A stretch of DNA of 64,000 nt from Clostridia bacterium. GTDB taxonomy: Bacteria > Bacillota > Clostridia > Oscillospirales > CAG-272. The notes beneath the pieces are model-generated. The model ran no database searches. It worked only from the letters and a program-made list of their open reading frames with translations, and was not told where the DNA came from. Where the stretch lies: assembly GCA_017453255.1 (NCBI GenBank), contig JAFTKN010000020.1, positions 12,399 through 76,398 of the forward strand, in the 5' to 3' direction. The translations under genes were made by a program, and so were the position numbers. Of the stretch, positions 52,409-60,628 are shown one piece after another (the first letter of the stretch is position 1; the number at the start of each line of letters is the position of its first letter).

Positions 52409-52424
52409 CTAAACTGAAAACCAA

Positions 52425-52481
52425 CAGAAAAAGAGATAACATTTCGGCAAATAACCGATTTGTTATCTCTTTCTGCTTGTA
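52425..52481 (-). terminator. Terminator after zinc-ribbon paralog 1
   Basis: AGAGATAACA..(loop)..TGTTATCTCT (52432-52480), with a T-run on the minus strand. Confidence 0.7.
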
Positions 52482-52561
52482 ATATGGGTTTGGGCTTTAG
52501 CATAATTTTCAAATTCTCCGCTAAGAACATCACCTTTATTGCGACGCCTATTTTTATTATA

Positions 52562-53089
52562 TCAATGAACTAAAAATATATAAACAAATCTAAAAAATAC
52601 AAACAAGTAGATAAATATTACAAGTCCTACCCCAATTAGTGACTTGTTATGCTTGATTTTGTAAAAGGCAATAGATGCAAAAACAATGGAAAGAACGCTT
52701 ATAACAATAAACAGCGAACCGTTAAGAAAGTCAAGAGGCAAAAGAGCTAAAAAAAGGGCAATGATAGCCAAAACTGGCACTTTAGCAGGTGCTTGCTTTT
52801 TATCCTGCTGAACCTGCTCTACAGGTGCTTCGTTTTCGTTAAGTTCTGTGTTAAGCTCCTCTTGATAATTGCTATCTTGATAAGCAGAAGTGCTTGAAGA
52901 TTCTTGATAAGTTGATGCTTGAAAGGAATTAAAGCTATCAAATGTATTTGTTGAAGAAAAGCTTTGAGTAGGCTCTTTTTTTGGTGTAGCCTTAGGCTCT
53001 TCAAAGGGCTTAAACTCGATTGCGCCCTTACAGCGAGTACAAACCTTTGCACTATTTACATTGAAGGCTTTACAATGCGGACAAATCAT
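52562..53089 (-). CDS. Zinc-ribbon + DUF4190-like membrane protein, paralog 1
   Basis: Start at MICPHCKAFNVNSAKVCTRCKG behind AGGAG. S/T/Q/E-rich linker. C-terminal pair of TM helices. Confidence 0.65.
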   Translation of the reverse strand: MICPHCKAFNVNSAKVCTRCKGAIEFKPFEEPKATPKKEPTQSFSSTNTFDSFNSFQASTYQESSSTSAYQDSNYQEELNTELNENEAPVEQVQQDKKQAPAKVPVLAIIALFLALLPLDFLNGSLFIVISVLSIVFASIAFYKIKHNKSLIGVGLVIFIYLFVFFRFVYIFLVH

Positions 53090-53218
53090 AAAAACTCCTA
53101 AAACGAAATTTATAGTTATCAAAGGTATAATATCATATTTTTAAATGAAATGCAATGATAAGGAAAATAAAAACAGAAATTCAATAAAGAATTTCTGTTT
53201 TCAGTATTGATTTATGGC

Positions 53219-53692
53219 TCAAAAATAGTAAGCGAGCATTGAAGCACCCTGCGCTAAAAAGATAATCATTACAACAACGTCAATGATTGAAATGACAAGA
53301 CCAGCTAAGGCAAGACCCTTGCCCTTAATTCTTGAATCCTGACTCATTTTGTAAAGAGCTATTGATGCAAAAATAGTACCAATAATACCACAAATAATAC
53401 CAGCAATAATAAGTCCAGCTAAGGAAATTACAAACGAGGCAATTGCTAAGCCTGAATATTTTTCACCACCTGCATTTTGTGGATATTGTGGCTGTGGATT
53501 ATACTGATTATTTTGCTGAGAATAAGTACCTTGATAGTTGCTTTGATTATTATAGTTATTTTGGTTATAAGCTCCCTGATAGCTTTGTTGATTTGCCTGA
53601 GAATTTGAGCCTGACTCATCAAACTTCATTCCACAGTGTGAGCAAAACTTTGCACTATTCATATTAAAAGCATTACATTTTGGACAATTCAT
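53219..53692 (-). CDS. Zinc-ribbon + DUF4190-like membrane protein, paralog 2 (Q/N/Y-rich linker)
   Basis: MNCPKCNAFNMNSAKFCSHCGMKF. Linker SNSQANQQSYQGAYNQNNYNNQSNYQGTYSQQNNQYNPQPQYPQ. TM pair ..IASFVISLAGLIIAGIICGIIG.. and ..LALAGLVISIIDVVVMIIF... Confidence 0.65.
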   Translation of the reverse strand: MNCPKCNAFNMNSAKFCSHCGMKFDESGSNSQANQQSYQGAYNQNNYNNQSNYQGTYSQQNNQYNPQPQYPQNAGGEKYSGLAIASFVISLAGLIIAGIICGIIGTIFASIALYKMSQDSRIKGKGLALAGLVISIIDVVVMIIFLAQGASMLAYYF

Positions 53693-53882
53693 ATGTATTT
53701 CCCCCCCAATCATATTATCATTTTTATATTATCATAGCTTTATTGAAAAGTCAAGAAATTTAGATTATCTTACTTTATTTCTGTAACTAACTATGGTTGC
53801 TTAAAATGCCGATTAAAAACGCTCTTTTTATATTTTTTCCGTTTCTAAAAATGGCCGACTAATATTATGCCAGCCTAAAATG

Positions 53883-54251
53883 CTACATTGTAAACGAAAT
53901 AATCATTAAAACGCAGTCAAAAACCGATATTGATAAGCCGAGTATAGCTATTACGTAGCCCTTTACGTTTGGCTTTCTTCCAATGTCAACAAGTGCAAGA
54001 ATACCTAAAACGATACCGATAACACCACAAATTATGCCTGCAATTAAAATTCCAACAAGGGAGAGGATAAGAGAGGCAATGGCCTTACTTGAATACTTTT
54101 CGCCTACAGGCTGTGGCTTATAATATGTGCGTCTTGTGTTGCTCACAGGCTCCTTGGCTTTAGTCTGCTGATTTTCTGCAAATTTCATTCCACAGGAGGC
54201 ACAAAAGGTAGCTGTATCAACATTAAAGGTATTGCAATTAGGACAGTTCAT
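53883..54251 (-). CDS. Zinc-ribbon + DUF4190-like membrane protein, paralog 3 (short linker)
   Basis: MNCPNCNTFNVDTATFCASCGMKF. Same TM-pair architecture. RBS GGGGGA. Confidence 0.65.
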   Translation of the reverse strand: MNCPNCNTFNVDTATFCASCGMKFAENQQTKAKEPVSNTRRTYYKPQPVGEKYSSKAIASLILSLVGILIAGIICGVIGIVLGILALVDIGRKPNVKGYVIAILGLSISVFDCVLMIISFTM

Positions 54252-54341
54252 ATTCGTTTCCCCCTTTAGTTTTTTATAATTATAAATTAAATAGTTAAAA
54301 AAGTCAAGGTTAGATCAAATCAATTCGGTTCGATTTTAGCC

Positions 54342-55667
54342 CTACTCTTTGTCGTCAATTTCTCGTTCCTTTTTTGTGACTATTGTCTTTTCAATACGAT
54401 GGTCCTCAATTTTCAAAACCTGAATAATTAAATCCTCGGTTGAAAGAGAAAGCTTAGTTCCATCGTCTGGAATTGAATCAAGTAAGCCGAATATGTATCC
54501 ACCAAAGGTATCAAAATCCTCGGCTTGAAGCTTAATATCAAGCTCCTTTTCTACGTCGCTAATTGAGGCAGAGCCAAGAATTTCCCATTGAGTATCTGTA
54601 ATTTTGGTTATTTCAATAATTTCCTCGTCGTCCTTGTCATTAAGCTCACCAACCAAAACCTCTAAGAGGTCGTGCATTGTGACAACACCAAGCGTTCCAC
54701 CATATTCGTCAACAACGACGCTAAAATAGTTTCTTGTTTCCTTCATTTTTTCAAATAGTGTATCCGCCTTAATGCTTTCTGATACAAAATATGGCTTGTC
54801 AACTGCCTTTTTCATAGTTGATTCCATATCTGTGCATTCGCTTCTGAAGAATCGTTTTGCATTTAAAATACCAACAATATTATCAGTATTTTCCTTGCAA
54901 ATAGGATAAAAGCCGTGACGAGTGCTTGTCAAAAGCTTTTTCCAATCCTGAAAGCTATCCTCTAAATAAAGGAAGGAAACGTCTGTACGGTGAGTGCAGA
55001 TTTCTGATACAGTAATATCGTCAAATTCAAATATATTCTGAATCATTTCGTTTTCACTCTTGTCAATCTCACCAGATTCTGATGAGGAATTAATTAAAAG
55101 TCGTATCTCCTCCTCGGACGCCTTAGCCTCTGTTTCGTTTGGATTGATTTTGAAGAGTCTTAAGAAAATGTTAGTTGTTTTAGTTAAAACCCAAACAAAG
55201 GGCTTAAAGCATACAGAAACAAAGGACAAAAGCCCAAGCACACGCAAGGCAGATTTCTCTGGATTTTTCATAGCAACTCTTTTTGGAACAAGCTCACCAA
55301 AGACGATTGAGAAAAATGCAAGAGCTAATGTAATTAAAATAAGAGATAGTGTATTAATAGCTCCTTTTACAGCTCCGTCTGTAATATTAAAGCTTGAAAT
55401 TATAAATATAGAAAGTGGCTCAGATAGGTTTTCTGCAGCAAAGGCAGAGCCTAAAAGGGAGGAAAGAGTAATTGCAACCTGAATTGTTGACAAAAACTTA
55501 GATGGGTTATTACTTAGCTTTAAAAGCCTTTTAGCACCCTTGTGTCCGTCCTTAGCCATTAGCTCAAGCTTAGGCTGTGAGGAGGAAATAACGGCAATTT
55601 CTGCTGAGGCAAAAATAGCATTTAAGCTAATTAGTACAATTTGAATGATAATAGCAACTGCTAACAT
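54342..55667 (-). CDS. CNNM/TlyC-family transporter (DUF21 - CBS pair - CorC_HlyC)
   Basis: 441 aa. N-terminal 4-TM DUF21 (..LNAIFASAEIAVIS..), a CBS pair and a C-terminal CorC/HlyC domain (..FGGYIFGLLDSIPDDG..). Confidence 0.85.
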   Translation of the reverse strand: MLAVAIIIQIVLISLNAIFASAEIAVISSSQPKLELMAKDGHKGAKRLLKLSNNPSKFLSTIQVAITLSSLLGSAFAAENLSEPLSIFIISSFNITDGAVKGAINTLSLILITLALAFFSIVFGELVPKRVAMKNPEKSALRVLGLLSFVSVCFKPFVWVLTKTTNIFLRLFKINPNETEAKASEEEIRLLINSSSESGEIDKSENEMIQNIFEFDDITVSEICTHRTDVSFLYLEDSFQDWKKLLTSTRHGFYPICKENTDNIVGILNAKRFFRSECTDMESTMKKAVDKPYFVSESIKADTLFEKMKETRNYFSVVVDEYGGTLGVVTMHDLLEVLVGELNDKDDEEIIEITKITDTQWEILGSASISDVEKELDIKLQAEDFDTFGGYIFGLLDSIPDDGTKLSLSTEDLIIQVLKIEDHRIEKTIVTKKEREIDDKE

Positions 55668-55820
55668 AAATATATAAATCTCCTTGAAATTCTAAAAAAG
55701 CACAAAAAGGCATTACCTATAAAATCGCTTTATAGGCAACACCTTATCTATAACCTTAAATATATTAAAAATCGACTGACGCCGTCGTCCATAATAACAA
55801 AAAACTCCTTAAAATTCTTG

Positions 55821-55913
55821 TATGCCTGATGGGAATAGAACCAACTTGCCTATGGGCGATAAATCACCGTGCATTTATCAGACCTTTGTCTTGAAATATT
55901 CTCATTAGGCATA
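55821..55913 (+). ncRNA. 93-nt structured element or MITE: 17-bp terminal stem with two G-U pairs plus an internal 7-bp hairpin
   Basis: TATGCCTGATGGGAATA (55821-55837) pairs with TATTCTCATTAGGCATA (55897-55913). Both non-Watson-Crick positions are G-U on the plus strand only. Inner hairpin GATAAAT/ATTTATC lies at 55858-55879. A shortened relative is at 56031-56073. Confidence 0.35.
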
Positions 55914-55955
55914 TGAATTATATCATACTAAATTCTCTGTGTCAAGGCTGTTTTG

Positions 55956-55984
55956 TTGACAGTGTTTAGAAAAAATGTTAAAAT
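55956..55984 (+). promoter_or_regulatory. Sigma-A promoter with extended -10 for the ECF sigma operon
   Basis: TTGACA (55956-55961), 17-nt spacer ending in TGT, TAAAAT (55979-55984). Confidence 0.5.
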
Positions 55985-56030
55985 ATTTTTAAAGAAGCTG
56001 TAACGTACAGATAAAAAAATCCGTCGTTAT

Positions 56031-56073
56031 GTCTGATGGGCATAGAACCAATTTGGTTTTATTCTCATCAGGC
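56031..56073 (+). promoter_or_regulatory. Hairpin in the 5' leader of the sigma-factor gene (short relative of 55821-55913)
   Basis: GTCTGATGGGCAT pairs with ATTCTCATCAGGC (two G-U pairs, one mismatch). The loop contains the mini-hairpin AACCAA-TT-TGGTT. It ends 31 nt before the ATG at 56105. Confidence 0.4.
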
Positions 56074-56104
56074 GTGCGTTCAATGCTACAAAGGGGGTGG
56101 AGCT

Positions 56105-56656
56105 ATGGATGACAAGAGAATAGTTGAGCTATTTTTGGAAAGAAATGAGCAGGCAATTTTAGAAAGCGAAAAGAAATATAAAAGGCTCATTACATATATA
56201 GCAAAAAATATTCTTAGGTCAGATAGCGACAGCGAGGAGACAGTAAACGACACCTACCTAAGAGCATGGGATTCTATTCCACCGAATAAGCCAGTAAATC
56301 TTGGTGCTTACCTCGGCAAAATTGCAAGAAATTTATCTCTCGACAAATTAAACAAGCAAAAAGCACAAAAGCGTGGTGGAGATGAGGTAACTCTTGCCTT
56401 TGAGGAGCTTGAGGGAGTAATCGGAGAGGAAAAGGGCGAGGGCTTAATTGACGAAATAGCCTTGAAAAATGCAATAAATAGTTTTCTTTCAGAGCTAAAA
56501 AGTGATAAGAGAATTATTTTTGTTCAAAGATATTGGTATTTTTGCTCAATCGAGGAGATAGCCAAAAACAATGGCTTAAAGGAAAATAACGTAAAGATTA
56601 TTCTTTTAAGACTAAGAGATAAGCTTAAAAGATATTTAGAAAAGGAGGGATTTTGA
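56105..56656 (+). CDS. ECF-type sigma-70 family RNA polymerase sigma factor
   Basis: Start at MDDKRIVELFLERNEQAI.. behind GGGGGTGGAG. Region 2 ..TVNDTYLRAWDSIPP... Region 4 HTH ..CSIEEIAKNNGLKENNVKIILLRLRDKLKRYL... The ORF-track start at 56036 lies inside the leader hairpin. Confidence 0.8.
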   Translation: MDDKRIVELFLERNEQAILESEKKYKRLITYIAKNILRSDSDSEETVNDTYLRAWDSIPPNKPVNLGAYLGKIARNLSLDKLNKQKAQKRGGDEVTLAFEELEGVIGEEKGEGLIDEIALKNAINSFLSELKSDKRIIFVQRYWYFCSIEEIAKNNGLKENNVKIILLRLRDKLKRYLEKEGF

Positions 56657-56657
56657 T

Positions 56658-58757
56658 ATGAATAATAAGAATGTCAATAATATGCTAATGCAAATTGATG
56701 ATGAATATATCAGCGAGGCAAATCCAGAAAAGCCAAAAAAAACTTCCTTCGTTAAAAAGTACATTTGGAAAAATATAGCTGCATGTCTTGTTGTTGTATT
56801 GCTTGCTACCAATATTGTCACATTAATTCCGTTGTTTAATAGAAACGAACCTAACTTAGATACGGAAAATGGCGACATACTTCCACCAATTGAGGATAAC
56901 ACAGAAAATCAGGAGGGCTTAGACGATGTAGAAAACAATGTACAAGATGCAGTTTTACCACCAAGCACCCTGCCTGAAGGCTCTACCGACAATGAAGGCT
57001 CTACAGATAATGAAAGCGCGGAAAGTGGAAAATTAGAAGAAAGCACAAGCAATGCGCTACTCACCCCATTATCAAGCGAATACGATAAGGTGGTTGAAAA
57101 GCTTGAGGAAAACGGCTATTGCAAGGAGGACCAGCTAAAGGAAGAAATACAGGATTCTATGGGAGACCTCAAAGATGGTTTGGAAAAGAACGAAAGCGCT
57201 TTAGAAAATTATGTAGAGGTAACAGACAATCAAGTAAATGGCGTTATCGAGGCAGACTTATTTAAAAGAACAGAAAGTCATATTTTCTATATTCAAGGTA
57301 CTTCCTTGGTTATATATGAAATCAACGGTGCTTCATCCTCTATGGTTGGAAAAATCTCACTTATCGAGGAGCTAACAAGGATAAAAAACAAGCTTAAAAA
57401 TGGTTTTAGTGATTCTATTGAGGATATAGATGGTGAGGAGATTTCTTATCTTGAAATGGTGTTATCACAGGACGGAAAGACAATAACAGTCGTTACTCAG
57501 GCAGATGAGCTTAATTATTTTGAGGGTGTAGCTATTACAACAATAAGCGTTGAAAACCCAGAAAATCCTTATATTAAAAACACAAGGGCAGTTTTAGGCA
57601 AATATATAACTACAAGATTTATTAACAATCAGCTAATTGTAATTACAGAGTACGAGGCATTTAAGGATTCAAAGGGGTTAAACTACGGCTATGTTCCTAT
57701 GGTCTATACAAATGGTGACTTTGAGCACGTGCCAGCAGATAGAATTTATATGCCAGAGAGCATAAATAGTGCTAATTATACAGTAATTACAATGCTTGAC
57801 CAATCAAAGGGAAATATCAAGGATATATATGCGTATCTCGATTTAGGCTCGAGTGTTTATGTATCAAATAACACTATTTATTTGTCAAAATTTGATACAG
57901 TAACGGATAAGAGCTTAAGCATTGAAAAGTCAGAAAGCACACTTACATTAATTGGATATGACCAATATAGCTTTACACACAAGGGTATATTAACCTTTGA
58001 TGGTGAGATTAAAAATCAATATAGCATTGATGAGTATAATGGTATTTTAAGAGTGGTAACAACTCTTAGAGAGAAAAAGGTTACTATCAATGATGAAATA
58101 GAAGATGTTCTTGCAGGCGTTGATGATATAGGCGACGAAAGAACAAATGTAGCGCTATTTTGCTTTGATTTAAAAACACTGAATAAGGTGTGCGAGATAA
58201 GAAACTTTGCACCAGATGGTGAGGAGGTTCAGTCAGTACGCTTTGACAAAAATTATGTATATGTTTGTACTGCTATTGTCGTAAAAATGACCGACCCTGT
58301 GTTCTTTATTGACCTAACCGACTTAGATAATCCTAAGATTAGCCAAACGGGCGAAATTGATGGTTATTCAATCTCACTTGTTAATTTTGGTAATGGATAT
58401 TTGCTTGGTATAGGCTATGGCGCAAGCACCACAACCTTAAAAATTGAGATTTATAAGGAAGAAAATGGAGAGGTTATCTCGGTCGCTACCTACGAAGCAA
58501 CAAATACAAGATTTTCTGAAGATTATAAAGCATACTTTATAGATAGGGAAAAGGGCTTAATTGGCTTAGGAGTAACCGAAAGCAATGTTCAAAAGTATAT
58601 AGTATTAAGCTTTAATAAGTCAACCGAAACCCTTGATTTGATTTTAAACGAAAATATAAATGGAAGCTATAACCTAAAAAGAGCAACCCTTATAGATAAC
58701 GAGCTTTATATCCTATCCCCATCAGGACTATATGTAAGAGAGCTTGTAACAGAATAA
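56658..58757 (+). CDS. Membrane-anchored beta-propeller domain protein (putative anti-sigma / sensor partner)
   Basis: 699 aa. It starts 1 nt after the sigma gene stop. Cytoplasmic N-tail, one TM (..IAACLVVVLLATNIVTLIPLF..), an acidic linker, then ..VTDNQVNGVIEADLFKRTESHIFYIQG.., typical of the secreted beta-propeller (PF09826-like) family. Confidence 0.65.
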   Translation: MNNKNVNNMLMQIDDEYISEANPEKPKKTSFVKKYIWKNIAACLVVVLLATNIVTLIPLFNRNEPNLDTENGDILPPIEDNTENQEGLDDVENNVQDAVLPPSTLPEGSTDNEGSTDNESAESGKLEESTSNALLTPLSSEYDKVVEKLEENGYCKEDQLKEEIQDSMGDLKDGLEKNESALENYVEVTDNQVNGVIEADLFKRTESHIFYIQGTSLVIYEINGASSSMVGKISLIEELTRIKNKLKNGFSDSIEDIDGEEISYLEMVLSQDGKTITVVTQADELNYFEGVAITTISVENPENPYIKNTRAVLGKYITTRFINNQLIVITEYEAFKDSKGLNYGYVPMVYTNGDFEHVPADRIYMPESINSANYTVITMLDQSKGNIKDIYAYLDLGSSVYVSNNTIYLSKFDTVTDKSLSIEKSESTLTLIGYDQYSFTHKGILTFDGEIKNQYSIDEYNGILRVVTTLREKKVTINDEIEDVLAGVDDIGDERTNVALFCFDLKTLNKVCEIRNFAPDGEEVQSVRFDKNYVYVCTAIVVKMTDPVFFIDLTDLDNPKISQTGEIDGYSISLVNFGNGYLLGIGYGASTTTLKIEIYKEENGEVISVATYEATNTRFSEDYKAYFIDREKGLIGLGVTESNVQKYIVLSFNKSTETLDLILNENINGSYNLKRATLIDNELYILSPSGLYVRELVTE

Positions 58758-58786
58758 AAAAGTGCGACACGTGTCGCACTTTTCTT
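58757..58786 (+). terminator. Terminator: perfect 20-nt palindrome AGTGCGACACGTGTCGCACT followed by a T-run
   Basis: 58761-58780. Read directly from the sequence. Confidence 0.75.
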
Positions 58787-58790
58787 ATAT

Positions 58791-58856
58791 CAAAAGAGAG
58801 GAACAGACGTTTTTTGTCTATTCCTCTCGCTTTTTGTTCTACGCTTCTATCCGACT
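58791..58856. repeat. 66-bp direct repeat, copy 1 (contains a bidirectional terminator-like hairpin)
   Basis: CAAAAGAGAGGAACAGACGTTTTTTGTCTATTCCTCTCGCTTTTTGTTCTACGCTTCTATCCGACT. It differs from copy 2 at one position. Confidence 0.9.
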
Positions 58857-59034
58857 ACGCACAAGCTTCACATAGAGGCATCGGGAGGGGTGGAGAAACT
58901 GGGTTCTCGTACACGTCGGCGTACTTTGTACGACAGAGTAGAGAGCACAGTTAAAAAAGCGAATAAAAAGAAATTTTCTCAGTAAAATAGAAGAATAAAA
59001 AAATCGTAGAGAGAAAATTTCCACGTTGCAACAA

Positions 59035-59100
59035 CAAAAGAGAGGAACAGATGTTTTTTGTCTATTCCTCTCGCTTTTTGTTCTACGCTTCTATCCGACT
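59035..59100. repeat. 66-bp direct repeat, copy 2; ends 4 nt before the pyrI stop codon
   Basis: 65 of 66 nt are identical to 58791-58856. On the minus strand the hairpin plus TTTTG could terminate the pyr operon. Confidence 0.9.
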
Positions 59101-59104
59101 GCCT

Positions 59105-59521
59105 CTACTTAGCTTTTGTTTCGCAGTATAAACAGCGATACACCCTGTTTTCCTTGTCCGTCAAGGTAAACACATGGTCAAGCTCCTGCTCGCAGGAGGT
59201 AATACAGCGTGGATTTTTACACTCAATAACATTAACTAATTTTTCAGGAAGGCTAACGTGCTTCTTTTCAACGATTTTGCCGTCCTTTATAATATTTACA
59301 GTAACATTTGGGTCGATATAGCCTAAAATTGCTGTGTCAAGCTCTATGTCTGCATCAATTTTGATAATGTCCTTTTTGCCCATTTGTCTGCTTGCAACAT
59401 TTTTGCCGATAACAACCTGACAATCAAGTGTATCGAGCTTTAAAAGGGAATAAAGCTCCATTCCCTTACCAGAGGTAATATGGTCGATTACAATACCATT
59501 TTTTATTTCGTCAATATTCAT
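59105..59521 (-). CDS. pyrI: Aspartate carbamoyltransferase regulatory chain
   Basis: 138 aa. C-terminal zinc domain CKNPRCIT..(n)..YRCLYCE. Confidence 0.85.
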   Translation of the reverse strand: MNIDEIKNGIVIDHITSGKGMELYSLLKLDTLDCQVVIGKNVASRQMGKKDIIKIDADIELDTAILGYIDPNVTVNIIKDGKIVEKKHVSLPEKLVNVIECKNPRCITSCEQELDHVFTLTDKENRVYRCLYCETKAK

Positions 59522-59532
59522 TCCATAGCCTC

Positions 59533-60447
59533 CTACTTAATGCCTAAAAGCATTAAAATTAATGCCATACGCATATATTTTCCGTTTAAAGCCTGTTCAA
59601 AATAGCAAGCACGTGGATCGCTATCCACCTTAACACTAATTTCGTTTACACGTGGTAGTGGATGCATAATGCAAAGATCCTTTTTAGCATTTGAAAGCTT
59701 AGCTAAATCTAAAATATAGCTATCCTTAAGTCGAAGATAGTCCTCCTCGTTAAAGAAGCGTTCCTTTTGTACCCTTGTCATATAAAGAATATCAAGCTCT
59801 GGCATAGCACCTACTAAGTCAGTGGTTTCTACATACTCAATTCCATTTTTGTCTAAGACCTCAGTTTTTACATAGCCTGGAATTTGAAGCTCTGTAGGGG
59901 AAATAAGAACAAACTTAATACCCTCATATCTTGACATAGCAGAAATTAGAGAGTGAACAGTTCTACCGAACTTAAGGTCGCCACAAAGACCTATTGTAAG
60001 GTTGTTAAAGCGTCCCTTTTTTCTCTTAATGGTTAGTAAATCTGCAAGAGTCTGCGTTGGGTGATTGTGTCCTCCGTCACCTGCATTTACAACAGGAATT
60101 GTCGCATTCATAGATGCAACAAGTGGTGCACCCTCCTTAGGATGACGCATGGCTATAATGTCAGCATAGCAGGAAATCATCTTTGCAGTATCGGCAACGC
60201 TTTCGCCCTTTGCACTTGATGATGAGCTTGCCTCTGAAAAGCCAAGAACATTACCACCAAGCTCGTACATAGCAGCCTCGAAGCTTAGACGTGTTCTTGT
60301 AGATGGCTCGAAGAATAGAGTAGCAAGCTTTTTGCCGCGACACTTCTCATTGTATTTTGAAGGATTTGCGATAATATCAAGAGCCGTGTTAATAAGACTA
60401 TCAAGCTCCTCAAGCGACAATTCCTTAATGTCTATAAGACTTCTCAT
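59533..60447 (-). CDS. pyrB: Aspartate carbamoyltransferase catalytic chain
   Basis: 304 aa with [13 protein letters not shown], ..HPTQ.. and [10 protein letters not shown]. Confidence 0.95.
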   Translation of the reverse strand: MRSLIDIKELSLEELDSLINTALDIIANPSKYNEKCRGKKLATLFFEPSTRTRLSFEAAMYELGGNVLGFSEASSSSSAKGESVADTAKMISCYADIIAMRHPKEGAPLVASMNATIPVVNAGDGGHNHPTQTLADLLTIKRKKGRFNNLTIGLCGDLKFGRTVHSLISAMSRYEGIKFVLISPTELQIPGYVKTEVLDKNGIEYVETTDLVGAMPELDILYMTRVQKERFFNEEDYLRLKDSYILDLAKLSNAKKDLCIMHPLPRVNEISVKVDSDPRACYFEQALNGKYMRMALILMLLGIK

Positions 60448-60509
60448 AGTTTCTCCTTTGCGAGCCTTACAGGCTGGTGAAACCCTCTAAAGCTCTTGTA
60501 ATTTCAAAC

Positions 60510-60628
60510 GTGACATAGTCACTCATAACGCTTGCGAGAGCAAGCTCATAACGTTTTGCAAAAGCAAAGCTCATAACTTACACGCAAGTGTAATCATAAC
60601 TGCAAGGCAACCCTTGCTTTGCCTTGCC
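60510..60628. repeat. Second heptamer-punctuated hairpin array, inside the pyrE-pyrB spacer
   Basis: Plus strand: GTGACATAGTCAC, TCATAAC, GCTTGCGAGAGCAAGC, TCATAAC, GTTTTGCAAAAGCAAAGC, TCATAAC, TTACACGCAAGTGTAA, TCATAAC, TGCAAGGCAACCCTTGCTTTGCCTTGCC. The heptamer is invariant four times, and every stem sequence differs. Confidence 0.85.

Noticed and set aside
52179-52533. Two small minus-strand ORFs (52179..52379 and 52309..52533) in the gap between the 666-aa gene and zinc-ribbon paralog 1.
   Set aside because: They lie on the GTTATGA hairpin array and a terminator. They overlap each other, lack RBSs, and one starts at a GTG. They are repeat-derived.
55826-55837. A hammerhead-ribozyme-like CUGAUGR motif in the 55821 and 56031 hairpin arms.
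   Set aside because: The sequence is CUGAUGG, not the catalytic core CUGAUGA. No matching GAAA / cleavage-site helices could be arranged around it.
58839-59321. The ORFs 58839..59024 - and 59058..59321 + at the pyrI end.
   Set aside because: The first lies in the segment between the 66-bp repeats with no RBS. The second is antisense to pyrI. Neither has coding-like composition.
60448-60628. A PyrR-dependent attenuator in the pyrE-pyrB and pyrF-pyrE spacers.
   Set aside because: I could not find the conserved PyrR binding-loop sequence on the sense strand, and the spacers are explained by dispersed repeats. This rests on eye inspection only; a covariance-model scan would be decisive.
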